DNA of 64,000 bases. It comes from Octopus vulgaris. Its lineage: Eukaryota. The first letter of the stretch is position 1. Every line of letters starts with the position of its first letter. The stretch lies in assembly GCA_951406725.2 (NCBI GenBank), contig OX597831.1, forward strand, positions 38,564,001 through 38,628,000, read 5' to 3'. The translations under genes and the position numbers were made by a program. The notes beneath the pieces are model-generated. The model was not told the DNA's origin, did no database searches, and worked only from the letters and a program-made list of their open reading frames with translations. Shown one piece after another: positions 40,829-54,024 of the stretch.

Positions 40829-41109
40829 AGGCGCAATGGCCCAATGGTTAGGGCAGCGGACTCGCATTCGTAGGATCGCGGTTTCGATTCCCAGACCGAG
40901 AGTTGTGAGTTTATTGAGCGAAAACACCTAAAAGCTCCTCAACTCTCCTGTAGGGGTGGGGGCGATCCATGCTGTTCTCTTTCACCACAACTTTCTCTGA
41001 GTCTTTCTTCTGTGGGTTGGCGTTATTTGAAGGCTAAATGAATGCGACGCGCATTGTGACCAGCGATGTGTAGCAACATTTGATAGCCTGGCTTGTCACG
41101 GTGATCACG

Positions 41110-41167
<58 letters not shown>

Positions 41168-41408
41168 GAGGCGCAATGGCCCAGTGGTTAGGACAGCGGA
41201 ATCGCGGTCGTAGGATCGCAGTTTCGATTCCCAGACCGGGCGTTGTGAGTGTTTATTGAGCGAAAACACCTAAAGTTTCACTCTTTCGCCACAACTTTCT
41301 CTCACTCTTTCTTGTGTTGGCCTGCTCGCTTAGCCAGCGGGGTGGCGTCAATTGAAGGCTAAAACAATGCTAACGCATTGTGATCAGTGATGTGTAACAA
41401 CATCTGAT
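40829..41408 (+). mobile_element. Two tandem SINE family C copies (40829-41113, 41169-41408) with an alternative 3' tail
   Basis: Both start aggcgcaatggccca.tggttagg; tail tgaaggctaaa...cattgtgaccagcgatgtgta differs from the 31522 copy. Confidence 0.85.
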
Positions 41409-41462
41409 ATATATACATATGTGCATACATGCATACATAAATAAATACATACATACATAGAA

Positions 41463-41820
41463 AGGCGTAGGTGTTGTTGTGTGGTAAGAAGCTTGCTTCC
41501 CAACCACATAGTACCAGGTTCAGTCCCCATGCGTAGCATCCTGGTCAGGGGCATTCTACTGGATTTGATAGACAGAAACTGAAAGAAGTGTGTGTATGTG
41601 CGTGTTTATCTTTAAGTCTGTTTTGTCCCACCCCACCATCGCTTGACAACCAATGTTGGCGAGTGTACGTCCCAGTTCGGCATAAGAGATCGATAGCATA
41701 TGTACTAGACTTACAAAGGATAAGTCCTGGGGCCGATGTCTTCGACAAAAACCCCTTCAAGGCAGTGCTCCATCATCGCCGCAATCAAATGACTGAAACA
41801 AGCAAACGAATAAAAGAATA
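41463..41820 (+). mobile_element. SINE family B, diverged
   Basis: Head ggcgtaggtgttgttgtgtggtaagaagcttg; tail aatgactgaaacaagc. Confidence 0.85.
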
Positions 41821-41924
41821 CAAAACATACATGTATGCATACATACATTCATACATACATACTTCCACATATATACTCACACACATACACACACACACAC
41901 ACACACGCATATATATATATATAT

Positions 41925-43241
41925 ACCATCGACCATATCCCATCATCCACTCCTTCACCTGCACCTCCAGCAATATTATCTATTGCATCTCTTGCTCTCT
42001 CTGCAATTCCTTGTACATCGGACAAACGGGACGCCGCTTGGCTGACCGGTTCGCGGAACACCTTCGTGACATCCACCTTGCGAACGACACACCGGTCTCA
42101 CGCCATTTCCGCTCCACCGGTCACTCCTTGCAACACCTATCTGTGTTCGGTTTGTCCTTACACAGAGGCCATCCGGATTCCCGTTTGCGCCGTGAACAGG
42201 AATTAATCTTCTCTCTTCGCTCTTATACGCCATTTGGTCTCAACTCTCCCCCTCCTCATCTAACCCCCCTCTCCCCCTCCTCACCTATCCCTTCCCCCCG
42301 ACCCCTACTTCTTCAGTCCTTCATCCTTTCACCCCTACTCCCCTTCCCTCTTTCTCCCTCCTTCCCTCTTCCCCTTCCCTCTGCTCCCTCACTCCCTCTC
42401 TCCCCCTCTCCCTCTTTCCTCCTTCCTCCCCCTACTCCCCTTCCTTCTACCCCTCCTCTCTCTCCCCTCCTCTCCTCTTCCCCCTCTCCTCCCCCTTCTT
42501 CTTCCCCTCCCCTTCTCTCCCCCTCCCCTCTTCTCCTCACTACACCACACGACTTTACACATCACATCATATATGATGTGCCATACTAATACATACACCA
42601 ACTAATACATACTAATACGTACTAATACATACTAATGCATATTAATACATACACGAACCCTATACATACACACGTCCAGACCCCTCATACGCACTTATAC
42701 TCTCTCACACACACACACACACACTTATACATACTAATACGTAATAATACATACTAATACATACTAATACATACACCAACCCCATACATACGCACGTCCA
42801 GACCAATCCTACGCACTAATACTCTCTCATACACACACACACACACACACACACACCCTTATACATACTAATACATACACCAACCCTATACATACACACG
42901 TCCAGACCCCTCCTACGCACTATTAGCTGGTCCTTCAACCCTATTATCAACCCTATTATCAACCCTATTATCTCCCCTTATTTCGCTCTCGCGTCTCATG
43001 TTTGATCTTTGACCTCTGGCCGAAATCAGATCGCCATGTTGATTCGTTTGCTACTGCACGCATTTTTTTCTCTCCTTCTTTCTGTGTTTTTTTCTCTCTG
43101 TGTATCTTTCTGTTGAAGAGCGTAGGCTCGAAACGTTAAAGACTTGTTTTATTTATATTTCCTGAGCGCCATACTAATACAATTGTTCGTTTGTTTTCCA
43201 CCTGCCTTCGTCTTTTGTCTATTTTCATAAAGCTTCCCGTT
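41925..43241 (+). mobile_element. 5'-truncated Penelope-like element: intact GIY-YIG domain (41925-42247), C-rich and minisatellite 3' UTR, HHR-containing pseudo-LTR
   Basis: HSFTCTSSNIIYCISCSLCNSLYIGQTGRRLADRFAEHLRDI...PVSRHFRSTGHS...RLRREQELIFSLRSYTPFGLN; bounded by (TA)n on both sides. Confidence 0.92.
43105..43142 (+). ncRNA. Minimal HHR motif (A6U) in PLE 3' pseudo-LTR
   Basis: TCTTT-CTGTTGA-A-GAGC-GTAG-GCTC-GAAAC-GTT-AAAGA. Confidence 0.65.
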
Positions 43242-43260
43242 ATATATATATATATATACA

Positions 43261-43883
43261 GAAAATAGTAAAAAGTGAAAAAACTACAGAAGGCTTGTTT
43301 TAAAAGGTTAAAAAATATATTTTTGAGTCAATATGTCTGAAGAATGTTATAAATTTTTTTCATACAATGACATATTATAAAAGAAATGACCGGTTTCGCG
43401 TTCAGCTTTTCAAATTTCTTAAAACGTTATGTTTACGTTGAGCAGTGATCTAAATAATAAGTGATTTCTTCCGGTGTAAGGGAGATAATCGCTTAAAATT
43501 ATTTGCCTTTATTTTGGATTGAGTTTCTCTGTATAAGTATGTTGGAATGGTTAAGTTTGGGCTTGTATTTTTCAATGAAGAATGTTTCCTTGTTTAGTCT
43601 AATTTGTGTTGGTGTTCCGATAGCATATTGGTAAACTGGAAAGATTAGAAATTGTGGTAGTAGTTGCTTTGCGCATTTCTCAATGTGCTCACTAAAGGGT
43701 ATCATTCTGTATTCTGGGAATGCATGAAAAAAATTTAAGTATGAAAGAAATTTATAACATTCTTCAGACATATTGACTCAAATATGTATTTTTTAACCTT
43801 TTAAAACAAGCCTTCTGTAGTTTTTTCACTTTTTACTATTTTCTATATATTCAACCACGTGCTTTCACATACCAACTTTCTTA

Positions 43884-43885
<2 letters not shown>
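43261..43885 (-). mobile_element. Penelope-like 3' fragment with inverted pseudo-LTR arms and extension
   Basis: GIY-YIG C-terminus PFSEHIEKCAK..FLIFPVYQ...IRLNKETFFIEKYKPKLN; 43261-43365 inverted at 43739-43843; extension to 43885; in (TA)n. Confidence 0.88.
43381..43420 (-). ncRNA. Minimal HHR, U3-A8 covariant
   Basis: AAGAAAT-TTGAAAA-GC-TGAAC-GC-GAAAC-CG-GTC-ATTTCTT; perfect 7-bp helix I, ACCGGT palindrome, GUC triplet. Confidence 0.8.
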
Positions 43886-43955
<70 letters not shown>

Positions 43956-43959
<4 letters not shown>

Positions 43960-44083
43960 CTTCTCTAGAGAGACACACTGTGGAACGGCATTAGAGCGAG
44001 CGGTAATGAACTATAAGCATACCTGAATGACAAAGATAAGGGGAAAGTTTAGAAAATCTGTTTCTTCGAATCGTGTGTGTGTG

Positions 44084-44156
<73 letters not shown>

Positions 44157-44273
44157 GATTCGAAGAAACAGATTTTCTAAACTTTCCCCTTATCTTTGTC
44201 ATTCAGGTATGCTTATAGTTCATTACCGCTCGCTCTAATGCCGTTCCACAGTGTGTCTCTCTAGAGAAGGGCA
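43956..44273. repeat. Near-perfect 318-bp palindrome centred on (TA)n
   Basis: Unique arms of ~115 bp are exact reverse complements; mirrored ORFs 44011..44202(-) and 44027..44218(+). Confidence 0.95.
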
Positions 44274-44904
44274 GCCGTAGCATTCATTCGGAAATTAGTC
44301 GAATTTCATTGCGATCTTAGCTATCTTTACCTTATGAGGAAAGCAAAAGTGCACTGAATTGTATGATTGCGTACTAAACTCCCTTTCTTTATATTTCTGA
44401 CCGGATCAAATTCTGAAACTACAATCAATCGATTTTGCTATTATTTATCAACATTTGAGCATCGATAACGCTAAGGTGATCAACGGTATCTCGTCTATAC
44501 ACATCCCTTCGTTTTGTTCATCCAGGTACATTGGATTCAGGTGTACCTAATCCAAAGGTGGAAGGTGAGATCCAATGAAATTCTACGCAAGTAGAAAGTG
44601 CGGGAAGCCTTTTTGCATACGACCCAAATATTTGTAACAGAATGTGATCCGCTAAAGACATACAGAGGCAAGATGTATGTAACTACTCTGACTCTCTATA
44701 TAGAAATATTTTCATCAACTGTTCCATTTAGGCAGACGATAGATTGGCATTAGAGAATGCTTCAATGCAACAATTTGGTTCATACATCACCCAGACACAC
44801 ACATACACGCGCGCACACTCTCATACACACATACACAAACACACAAATACACCTGCGTATTATTTATACACCTGTCTTCGTCTTTTGCTTTTCTGTAATT
44901 TTCA

Positions 44905-44949
<45 letters not shown>

Positions 44950-44959
44950 TTTTCTTTCT

Positions 44960-45160
44960 TTTATTCACTTATTTGTTTGTGTCATTTCACTGTGGCCGTA
45001 CTGTAGCACAGCCTTTAGTCTAACAAACCCACCCCAGGACTTATTCTTTGTAAGCTATTACTTATTCTATCGGTCTCTTTTGCTGAAATGCTAAGTTATG
45101 GAGACGTGAACACAACATCATCGGTTGTCAAGCGATGGTGGGTGAACAAACACAAACGCA

Positions 45161-45230
<70 letters not shown>

Positions 45231-45369
45231 ACGGTCTTTCAGTTTCCGTCTACCAAAATCCCGAGGCTATAGCAGATGACACATGCCCAAGGTGCCTCGC
45301 AGTGGGACTGAACGCAAAACCGTGTGGTTATTAAGGAAGCTACGTACCACACACTCACTTCCGCGCCTA
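44960..45369 (-). mobile_element. SINE family B, diverged
   Basis: Colinear with the other copies. Confidence 0.85.
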
Positions 45370-47584
45370 TATACTTATACGCACACACACACATATATAT
45401 ATGTATGTTTATATATATATGTATGTGTGTGTCTGCATATGTATGTATGCATGTATTTATGCATATATGTATGTGTATGTATGTGTGTATATATATGTAT
45501 ATGTAAAAGCCAGTGCTTCCCATTGCTTTTAAGACTTCAGACACAATATATGAGTAAGAATCAGCAAATAAACACACATTTATAGCAGGTCGAAAGGTTG
45601 TATAGTTGATCGATCTTTGCCTTGACCGATATATGGGATGGATGATATTCAGTCCCAATTTGGCTATGTTGAAGCAACTCTATGATGAAAGGCATTTCAA
45701 CGAGAATGGAAGCGTTTTTTCCAAGTTACAGTAGTCTCAGAGCCATGCTATCTCATGCATCCATGTTTTGATGGCAATGGTTACCGAATAATATAACGAC
45801 ATTTTGCTGCTATTTACAGTATATCAAACAACATCAAAGATTTGTTCAATGGCTTAGTAACACTCGTTACAATATTTGTTTTTATTGGATGTGATTTTAT
45901 TCTGATACACGTCTGTATGTCTTGTATGTCACGTATTCAAAATTCTCTGTCGCAATACATTAATGAACAGTAAACCGGCATAAGGCGCATTAACCTATAT
46001 TCTTTAAAAGCCTTTTAATACCAACCCGCTGAGACCGCTCCTTCGAACGTGTTCATATCTAAATTATAACATCTCAATCGAAATCTCGTAATAAATATGG
46101 TCGCCATATTTCAGTTATTCAACAAAATTTATATTCATATTTTACAAACAGCTTGCACAGCTGGGAAACTGTGCGGAAATATAATGCCTCTAGGCTTGCC
46201 TCACAGCTATAGAAATGAGAGAAATGAGAGGCATTATAGAAATATTTCTAACCTACCAAATATCAAAGAATAAAATCTGGGATTTACCGCTATCGGCAAT
46301 ATAGTAACCCGTGCAGTAAAAATGTACACCCTTTCCAGGTAAGTGCCATTTCGGTAGAGAAATAAAGACAATCAATGAAAATAATTGAACAAATTAAATC
46401 TTTAATGAAGGTAGAGAGCATTAGCATATGCAACAACAAAATGTTAACAAGTATTGCTTTGTAACATGTGCCATGCTTTTGCTGACCGTTTAAGCTGTTA
46501 GTGTAGTCGGGAATAGCTATCGTCGCTCTTACACCGGTTCAAACATAAAACTCAGAAGAAGGTGGTGTGTCCTAACATCTGATTGATATCAATTACAACT
46601 GAATAGGCGTGGGGCAAGGCGGAATAATAGCCTTTTTACACATATTCTATACGAGGTTTTCAAATTTTCTACGTTTGTTCAAGGATAATATCAACTTCAG
46701 TACTTTTAATATCGCGCCCACAACCGAATTCTAGTTGCTTTTATGCTTCCAGACAATTTCCAAGTAATATTTGGCGCACATTGTAAATCGCTTTTCCCAT
46801 TCCATCCTTACCAAACCAAGTACCGCTTACCCAAACCGCTATTCTTTCGTTTTAATATCTGTTGGTTATTTTAGTTGTCTCTCTGATTTATTTTGTGTGT
46901 GTTTTCTTTTCCTGCCATAATCTCTCATATTAAAGACCCAGCCATAATTGAAAGGTTACGAATATAGCTTCACAAGTACTTGATATTGAGTTTTGTATCA
47001 CAGCGTACTACACGGAACAATTGGCTTTGACAGATATATTAGTAAAACTACTACGAAATGCATTTCAGCGAGAATGTCGTCTTTGCCCTTGATACAGTGT
47101 GTCTACAAAGTTATTTTATTCTACTTTCATACTAAGGCATTTTCAACAGTGGTAACTATATACTATTTACAGATAGTAAGGTTCGCTATATTTATAGAAT
47201 AGCGTTTCTTTTCATATTCCTGTAAAAGCGAAGCAGGCACAAAATATTTTAACATATCTTAGAGTAAAACGTCTGGACACAGATCTATTATTTGTTTAGG
47301 AATAAGTACGTAGAGATAACTGAGTTACAAACAAGTAAGTAAACCTCATTGCATACCTGTGCCGTTCGTCCTTATATTTTGCTTGTACTGTAACAGGTGT
47401 GGTGTGAATGCAATCAAACGATGTTACAATGATACCTGTTCTCCATGGCTGTGTGATTAAGAAGCTCGCTTTCGAAGCACGCTGTTTCGAGCCCAAACAC
47501 ATAGCGTGGCATATTCAGCAAGTGTGACCTGAGTGAATTCGGTAGACCAAAACTATAGGATAAAGGGCCCGTTGTGTGTCTATA

Positions 47585-47624
<40 letters not shown>

Positions 47625-47765
47625 AAATTAATAATATATGTATATATATATATATATATATATAGAATTAATAATAATATATATATATATATATATGTAT
47701 GTATATATATGTATATATATGTATTATATATATATGTATGTATGTATATATATATATATACAATT

Positions 47766-47835
<70 letters not shown>

Positions 47836-48312
47836 TAATATATGTATATAATCTTATTACGGGAGAAAGGGTGAAAACGACCTAACTCCAACATGCTTGA
47901 AGTGTCGAGATCTTCAAAAAACTACCCAAAACCCTAGATTAAATATACACATACATGACTGACAAAATATTAAGAAGACTTCGCGTTAATTGTGAATTGG
48001 TTCCAATTTCTGGATTAAAATCATAAAGCAGGCTTTTTTCCTTCATCAAACAATACACGGCAAATATAAATACAAATAATTATACATACCGTACAAAGCA
48101 GATTCACACGTCTACATAGAAATATTTGCACGTATGGATCCAAGATAAGTCAATTGTGAATCACCCACAATGATATCAGCATTGCTAAAAATACATTCTC
48201 TTTGCATTCACTGAGTCTCTTTCATTATATGAGTATATTTAATCAGGAGTGTTTGGTAGTTTAAGTTCTCAGGACTTTAAGCATGTTAACGTGATTTTTA
48301 TCTTTATATTCT

Positions 48313-48339
<27 letters not shown>

Positions 48340-48357
<18 letters not shown>

Positions 48358-48976
48358 AAATATTAGGGAATAAATCCAAATTTACAGGGAAAAATCAGAT
48401 TTAGGATTAAATCCAATTCTATAGTAAAATATAATATAATTCGAGACAAAACCACTACCTTGTGTATGTATATATGGGTTTCATTATCATGATTGGTTTA
48501 TTAATGATTTTGGAGTAAATTCTGTATTTTTACGTTGATTAAATATTATTCCATTCTTTCCATTTATAATTTAAAAAAAAAAACGTTCGATCACCACGCG
48601 CTAAGAATTGTTTATTTTCTTTTGAGTGTTTATGTATGTGTGTGTGTGTGTGTGATTGTTTGCGTAATTTATTTATCTGTATGGGTGTGGGTGTGAATAT
48701 ATTGGTGTATATATCGAGTTCTGTATGTATGTATATGTATGTGTGAGCGGGTATATGTATATTGTTTATGACTGTGGGTTGTATGTGTGTGTGAGGGAGT
48801 AAGAATAAGTAATGTGTTGAAATATTTGGCTATTTTTTAAATTTATTCATTTATTGTTGCCTAGACGTTTTGATGTGTATGTATAGAGATATATATATTG
48901 GTGTGTGAGTTAGTGTATGTATTTAGATATGGTTATATATATTTAGTTATATGTGTATGAGCATGTGTGTATATAT

Positions 48977-49020
<44 letters not shown>

Positions 49021-49037
49021 TTTTTTTTTGTTTTTTT

Positions 49038-49078
<41 letters not shown>

Positions 49079-49409
49079 TTTTTTGTACATCTTTAAATAT
49101 GAGAATTTAATAATAGGTTTCTTTATATTCAATTGTTTATAGGGTTTATTTTAGATTATATATTGATTATATATAGATTATATATAGATTATATATAGAT
49201 TATATATATTTATATTTTTCATTGATAATGTTATTATTTTAAACTTTTATTTTAATATATTGATATTTTAGATCGAAAGTCCACCTGACGAATCTCATTG
49301 AAGACATGAAACGATTGTAGTGGCGGTTTATTTCTTTATATTAAAAATTTTTATGTATTGATTAAGTATTTCCTTGTTTGTTTTGGAAGGTAGTGGTTTT
49401 GTCTCGAAT

Positions 49410-49417
<8 letters not shown>
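48340..49417 (+). mobile_element. Non-coding PLE-derived element with inverted termini, TG/T-rich body and HHR
   Basis: 48431-48461 is inverted to 49387-49417; extension 48340-48430 matches 22240-22320; flanked by (TA)n. Confidence 0.75.
49281..49323 (+). ncRNA. Minimal type-I HHR, canonical core
   Basis: CCAC-CTGACGA-ATCTC-ATTGAA-GACAT-GAAAC-GATT-GTA-GTGG. Confidence 0.8.
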
Positions 49418-49493
<76 letters not shown>

Positions 49494-49527
49494 ATATACA
49501 TATATATATATACATAAAAATGTATAT

Positions 49528-49730
49528 ATGTTGGCGATTTTTCCTCCTTCATTCTTTCTCTTTGGACTTTCCGGTTCTTCCTGTTTCCGACAAAGAGATA
49601 TGCTCGAAACATAAAACAGCTACTTTATTCCTTCTCCGAGCGTCATATTATTACATTGCTTGTGATACGTCCTCATGGCTGTTTATTTTTTTTCTTTCCC
49701 CTCTTTTATTTTACTCTGTTTTTTCAATTG
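49528..49730 (+). mobile_element. CCGACGA-family short element with decayed HHR at 49581-49619
   Basis: CTGTTT-CCGACAA-A-GAGA-TAT-GCTC-GAAAC-ATA-AAACAG. Confidence 0.65.
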
Positions 49731-49884
49731 ATTATATGTGTGCGTGCGTGTGTGCGTGTGCGCGTCTGTGTGTAACAAACTTCATTAAGGGATCATAAAT
49801 TCAATGAAAATACTGGTTAGTTACCAATCTATCGAAAGTTCAACTATAAGGTAACCATATACACCATGACTCATATATTTATAT

Positions 49885-50258
49885 ATTTAAAGAATAAGGA
49901 GAAAATGGAGAGATAAGTAATAAAGTTATTTATTAATTATAAAATATGACATATCTGACAGGTGTTTCGATTCAGAAATCTTTAGATAATTAATTTATAA
50001 AACTAAAATCGTTATAAGATGAATCTCTTCAGAGGTAGTAAAGATATACCGATTAGAAGTACATGTCGAGGTCTTCTATAACCGGTTAACGGCTTATAGC
50101 CATTATCTCAACATGTATTTCTAATCGGTATATCTTTACTACCTCTGAAGAGATTCATCTTATAATGACTTTAACTTTTTATGCTGTCAGAGATATTGTT
50201 ATATTCTATAATTAAAAAATAATTTTATTAATTACCTCTATTTTCTCCTTATTCTTTA
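49885..50258. repeat. Fold-back PLE-derived element containing an HHR
   Basis: 49887-50070 is inverted at 50107-50258 with an internal deletion. Confidence 0.8.
49952..50037 (-). ncRNA. Type-I HHR with long helix-II loop, canonical core
   Basis: TACCT-CTGAAGA-GATTC...GAATC-GAAAC-ACCT-GTC-AGATA. Confidence 0.8.
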
Positions 50259-50259
50259 C

Positions 50260-50604
50260 CCTGCCTCAGTAAAGCTGGACTCAAGTGTCATCTTCGTAGT
50301 AATAAAGCGAGACAGATGAGTGACAATCTGGCCACTGGTGGTGGTGTTACACACCATACTAATCATATCTGTCAGGCATGTGGAAGAGATTGTAATTCGG
50401 CAGAAGGACTTAAACGACATGCAAAGGTACATGAAGCCCAGTTACAACTACAGCCGGCTATTACCAGTAAAGATTTTAGTTGCCAATTCTGTACAAGACA
50501 TTGTAGATCTTTAGCTGAGTTAAAAAGTCACATTCGATCACAGCACCAATAACAGTTGAGCTTCGTGCAATGGCCATACTCGATAACGAGGGGGCAGCCA
50601 TCAT
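50260..50604 (+). pseudogene. RTE-clade LINE 3' end with tandem C2H2-like zinc fingers and terminal hairpin
   Basis: CLSKAGLKCHLR, CQACGRDCNSAEGLKRHAKVH, CQFCTRHCRSLAELKSHIRSQH*; 3' UTR ggccatactcgataacgagggggcagccatcat. Confidence 0.7.
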
Positions 50605-50737
50605 ATATATATATATAAGTGCTCAGCATTTTAAAACTGTTGTAATACTCACAACATTTAATGAAATGATGTAGCGTGAAACGATCGTACCAAGTTACCG
50701 AAGTTATTCTTGTTGCTTATTTTGATTATATATATAC

Positions 50738-50798
<61 letters not shown>

Positions 50799-51568
50799 TT
50801 TGGGTTTGTTATTCCACAGCGATTACCAACCGAAGTCTGGCAAAATACGCCGATATTATACGCACCAAACATAAAAAGAAAACACGTGAAAAGTACTAGA
50901 CTCCATTTTTGCAACTAAAACCTCTTCGAGACAGTGCCACAAAATGGCCGCGGTCCAATGACTGAAACAAGCGATTTATACTAGAGATAAATAACTAAAT
51001 GGCAGGTATTTGCTCTGTACATTGTAGAGTTAACAATATTCCAATCATAATGTCGTTACATCTTACATTTCTATCACTGTGAAGCAGAAGTGCTGGAACC
51101 TATTTACAGTTGAGCTGCATAATTCAAATATATTTTGTAAAGGTGCACAACACAATAGTTATATCAAGGCTTCCTATTCTTTCAACAATGATATCAGCGC
51201 TGGTAAAAAGACTTTCTCTTTGCAGTCACTGAGTCTCTTTCATTTTATGCTTGCGTGGCTACTGCCAGTATGAGATGCGTACAGTCATAAATAAGACCAG
51301 CTAGAAGCATTAACGTGAATTTCCAAATGTTTCCAAATCACCTAATTCCATGATATAAGGAAAAGAATCGAAACACACACACACACACGCACAGAAACAT
51401 TTTCTCGCTCTCTTTCTTTCTCTCACTTACACTTACTCTTGCGCAAATACACACACATAAACACACATAGACTCTCAAAGGAATTCATACGTATATATTA
51501 AAGATGATAGAACATATCTAAGTAGCAATATATATACACGTATATATATCTCACACCTTGTATATATA

Positions 51569-51655
<87 letters not shown>

Positions 51656-51816
51656 AAAGGGCTTAGTAAAATAAATTACTTTGCCGCATACTGAACTCAT
51701 ATATATATATATATATATATATAAATACATATATACATATATAGGCAAATATGTATGAATGTACATATGTATGTACAGATATATACGCTGGTACGCTTAT
51801 ATGCGTAAATATATAT

Positions 51817-51865
<49 letters not shown>

Positions 51866-52158
51866 AGTGTGTATGTGTATGTATGTGTTTATATATATAT
51901 ATATATATATATTCACATATATATATATATATATATATACGTATAAATATATATAGATATATAATCACATATACAAATATGTATACACACACACACAAAA
52001 TATATATCTATATAGAAATATATCAAAGATAACAATCTCACAGACATACACAGACAGACACACACACACTTGCGCGGGCACACACACTCACGCGCATCTA
52101 AATAGCAAATATGCTTTTCTCCATTGGATTAGTACAGCTAGTTCTCCATACTAATACA

Positions 52159-52221
<63 letters not shown>

Positions 52222-52764
52222 CAATATATACTATTACATATTGATTTTCCTCAGGTGTGAATAGTTCTTTTATGATGGGAATAAATTGAAACATACAAAT
52301 GTGTAAAAGAAATACTTGCAAACAAGAAAGAAAGAAAACAGGATTATTTAGTTTCTACGCGGTTAACAATTCAATCCACAAGTAAATAACTAAATCAAAA
52401 ATTTGTTTGATGTGTCTGTCCTCGTTTGATACCAAAACACCAATAACAGACAATAATTCGCGTTAGAGCACAGCGGGGGGAGGGGGGCGGTTTCTGGTGT
52501 TCAGTTTTGTTTTATATTTGTTTGTTTTGTTGTTGTTGTTGTTGTTGTATATATAATTTTTTGGCTTTTGTTTTGTGTTTGTTTCATTTTGATATTTTTT
52601 TTTTTGGTTTTTGTAATTTTATCAATGCATTCGTTTCATTCATTCATTCTTTCATTCATTCATTCCTTCATTCCTTCATTCATTCATTCCTTCATTCCAC
52701 CGAAACCTGCTTACCAATATGAAACTACACAACGTTCGCATAAGCTTTTGATCGTTATTGTCAC

Positions 52765-53592
52765 GGTGATGATGATGATAATGACGAGGAGGAGGAGGAG
52801 GTTGAGGGGAGGTGTTGGTGGAGGAAGAGGTGGAGGAGGAGGTGAAGCGGAGGGTTGAGAAAGTGGAAGAGGAGGCAGAGAGAGAGAGAGCAAGTGGAAG
52901 CAGAGGAGGGGAGGAGAAAGAGCATGTAGAAGCAGAGGAGGGGTTGGAGGCGGCGAGGAGGAGGTGTTGACGATGAGGATGATGACGACCGCAACGACGA
53001 TGACGACGACGACATTAACTCGACGGCAATGTGGACAACGATGCCAAGGCGGCGAGCTGGCAGAAACGTTAGCACGTCGGGCGAAATGCGCAGCTGTATT
53101 TCGTCTGCCGTTACGTTCTGAGTTCAAATGCCGCCGAGGTCGACTTTGCCTTTCATCCTCTCGGGGTCGATAAATAAAGTAACAGTTTCGCACTGGGTCG
53201 ATGTAATCGACTTAATCCCTTTGTCTGTCCTTGTTTGTCCTCTCTCTGTTTAGCCCCTTGTGGGTAGTAAAGAAATAGATATTTCGTCTGCCGCTACGTT
53301 CTGAGTTCAAATTCCGCCGAGGTCGACTTTGCCTTTCATCCTTTCGAGGTCGATTAAATAAGTACCAGTAACGCACTGGGGTTCGATATAATCGACTTAA
53401 TCCATTTGTCTGTCCTTGTTTGTCCCTTCTGTGTTTAGCCCCTTATGGGTAGTAAAGAAAAAGATAATGATGCAGATGAGGAGGGAGGGGATTGGTATGG
53501 TGGTGTCAGTGGCGATGATGTCGAGGATGATGTTGGTGATAATGATGATGATCATCATCGTCATGATCATGACGATGCTGCTACAGCTGCTA

Positions 53593-53640
<48 letters not shown>

Positions 53641-53992
53641 GCGACGACCATGATGGCGACTATCACAGCAGGGATGAGGACTACGAAGAATTACGAAGAC
53701 AAAGCGATGAAACCATGATGGTTTGACGAGGAAAACGAAGAGGATGAGAAAGGTAATGATGAACTCGATCACGATGGCATTAGTAATAATCATGGTGTTG
53801 GTGTTGGTTATGGTGGTTTTGATGGTGGGGTTGCGGCGGTGGTGGTGGTGGTGTCAGTGGTGATGATGGAGGTATCGTTGTTGTTGTTAGCAGTGGTAAT
53901 TGTGATAATGATGATGATGATGATGATGATGATGACGACGACGACGATGATGATGATGTTGATGATGATGACGACGACGATGATGATTATGT

Positions 53993-54024
<32 letters not shown>

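Noticed and set aside
40829-40900. tRNA-like sequences (also 1490-1561, 31800-31872, 41169-41240)
   Set aside because: They are SINE heads continuing into SINE bodies, not cloverleaf tRNA genes.
41588-42589. 333-aa ORF as a real gene
   Set aside because: Chance in-frame fusion of SINE, microsatellite, PLE GIY-YIG fragment and C-rich tract.
42938-42972. (caaccctattat)x3 resembling a telomeric repeat
   Set aside because: It is a 12-mer minisatellite inside the PLE 3' region, not (TTAGGG)n.
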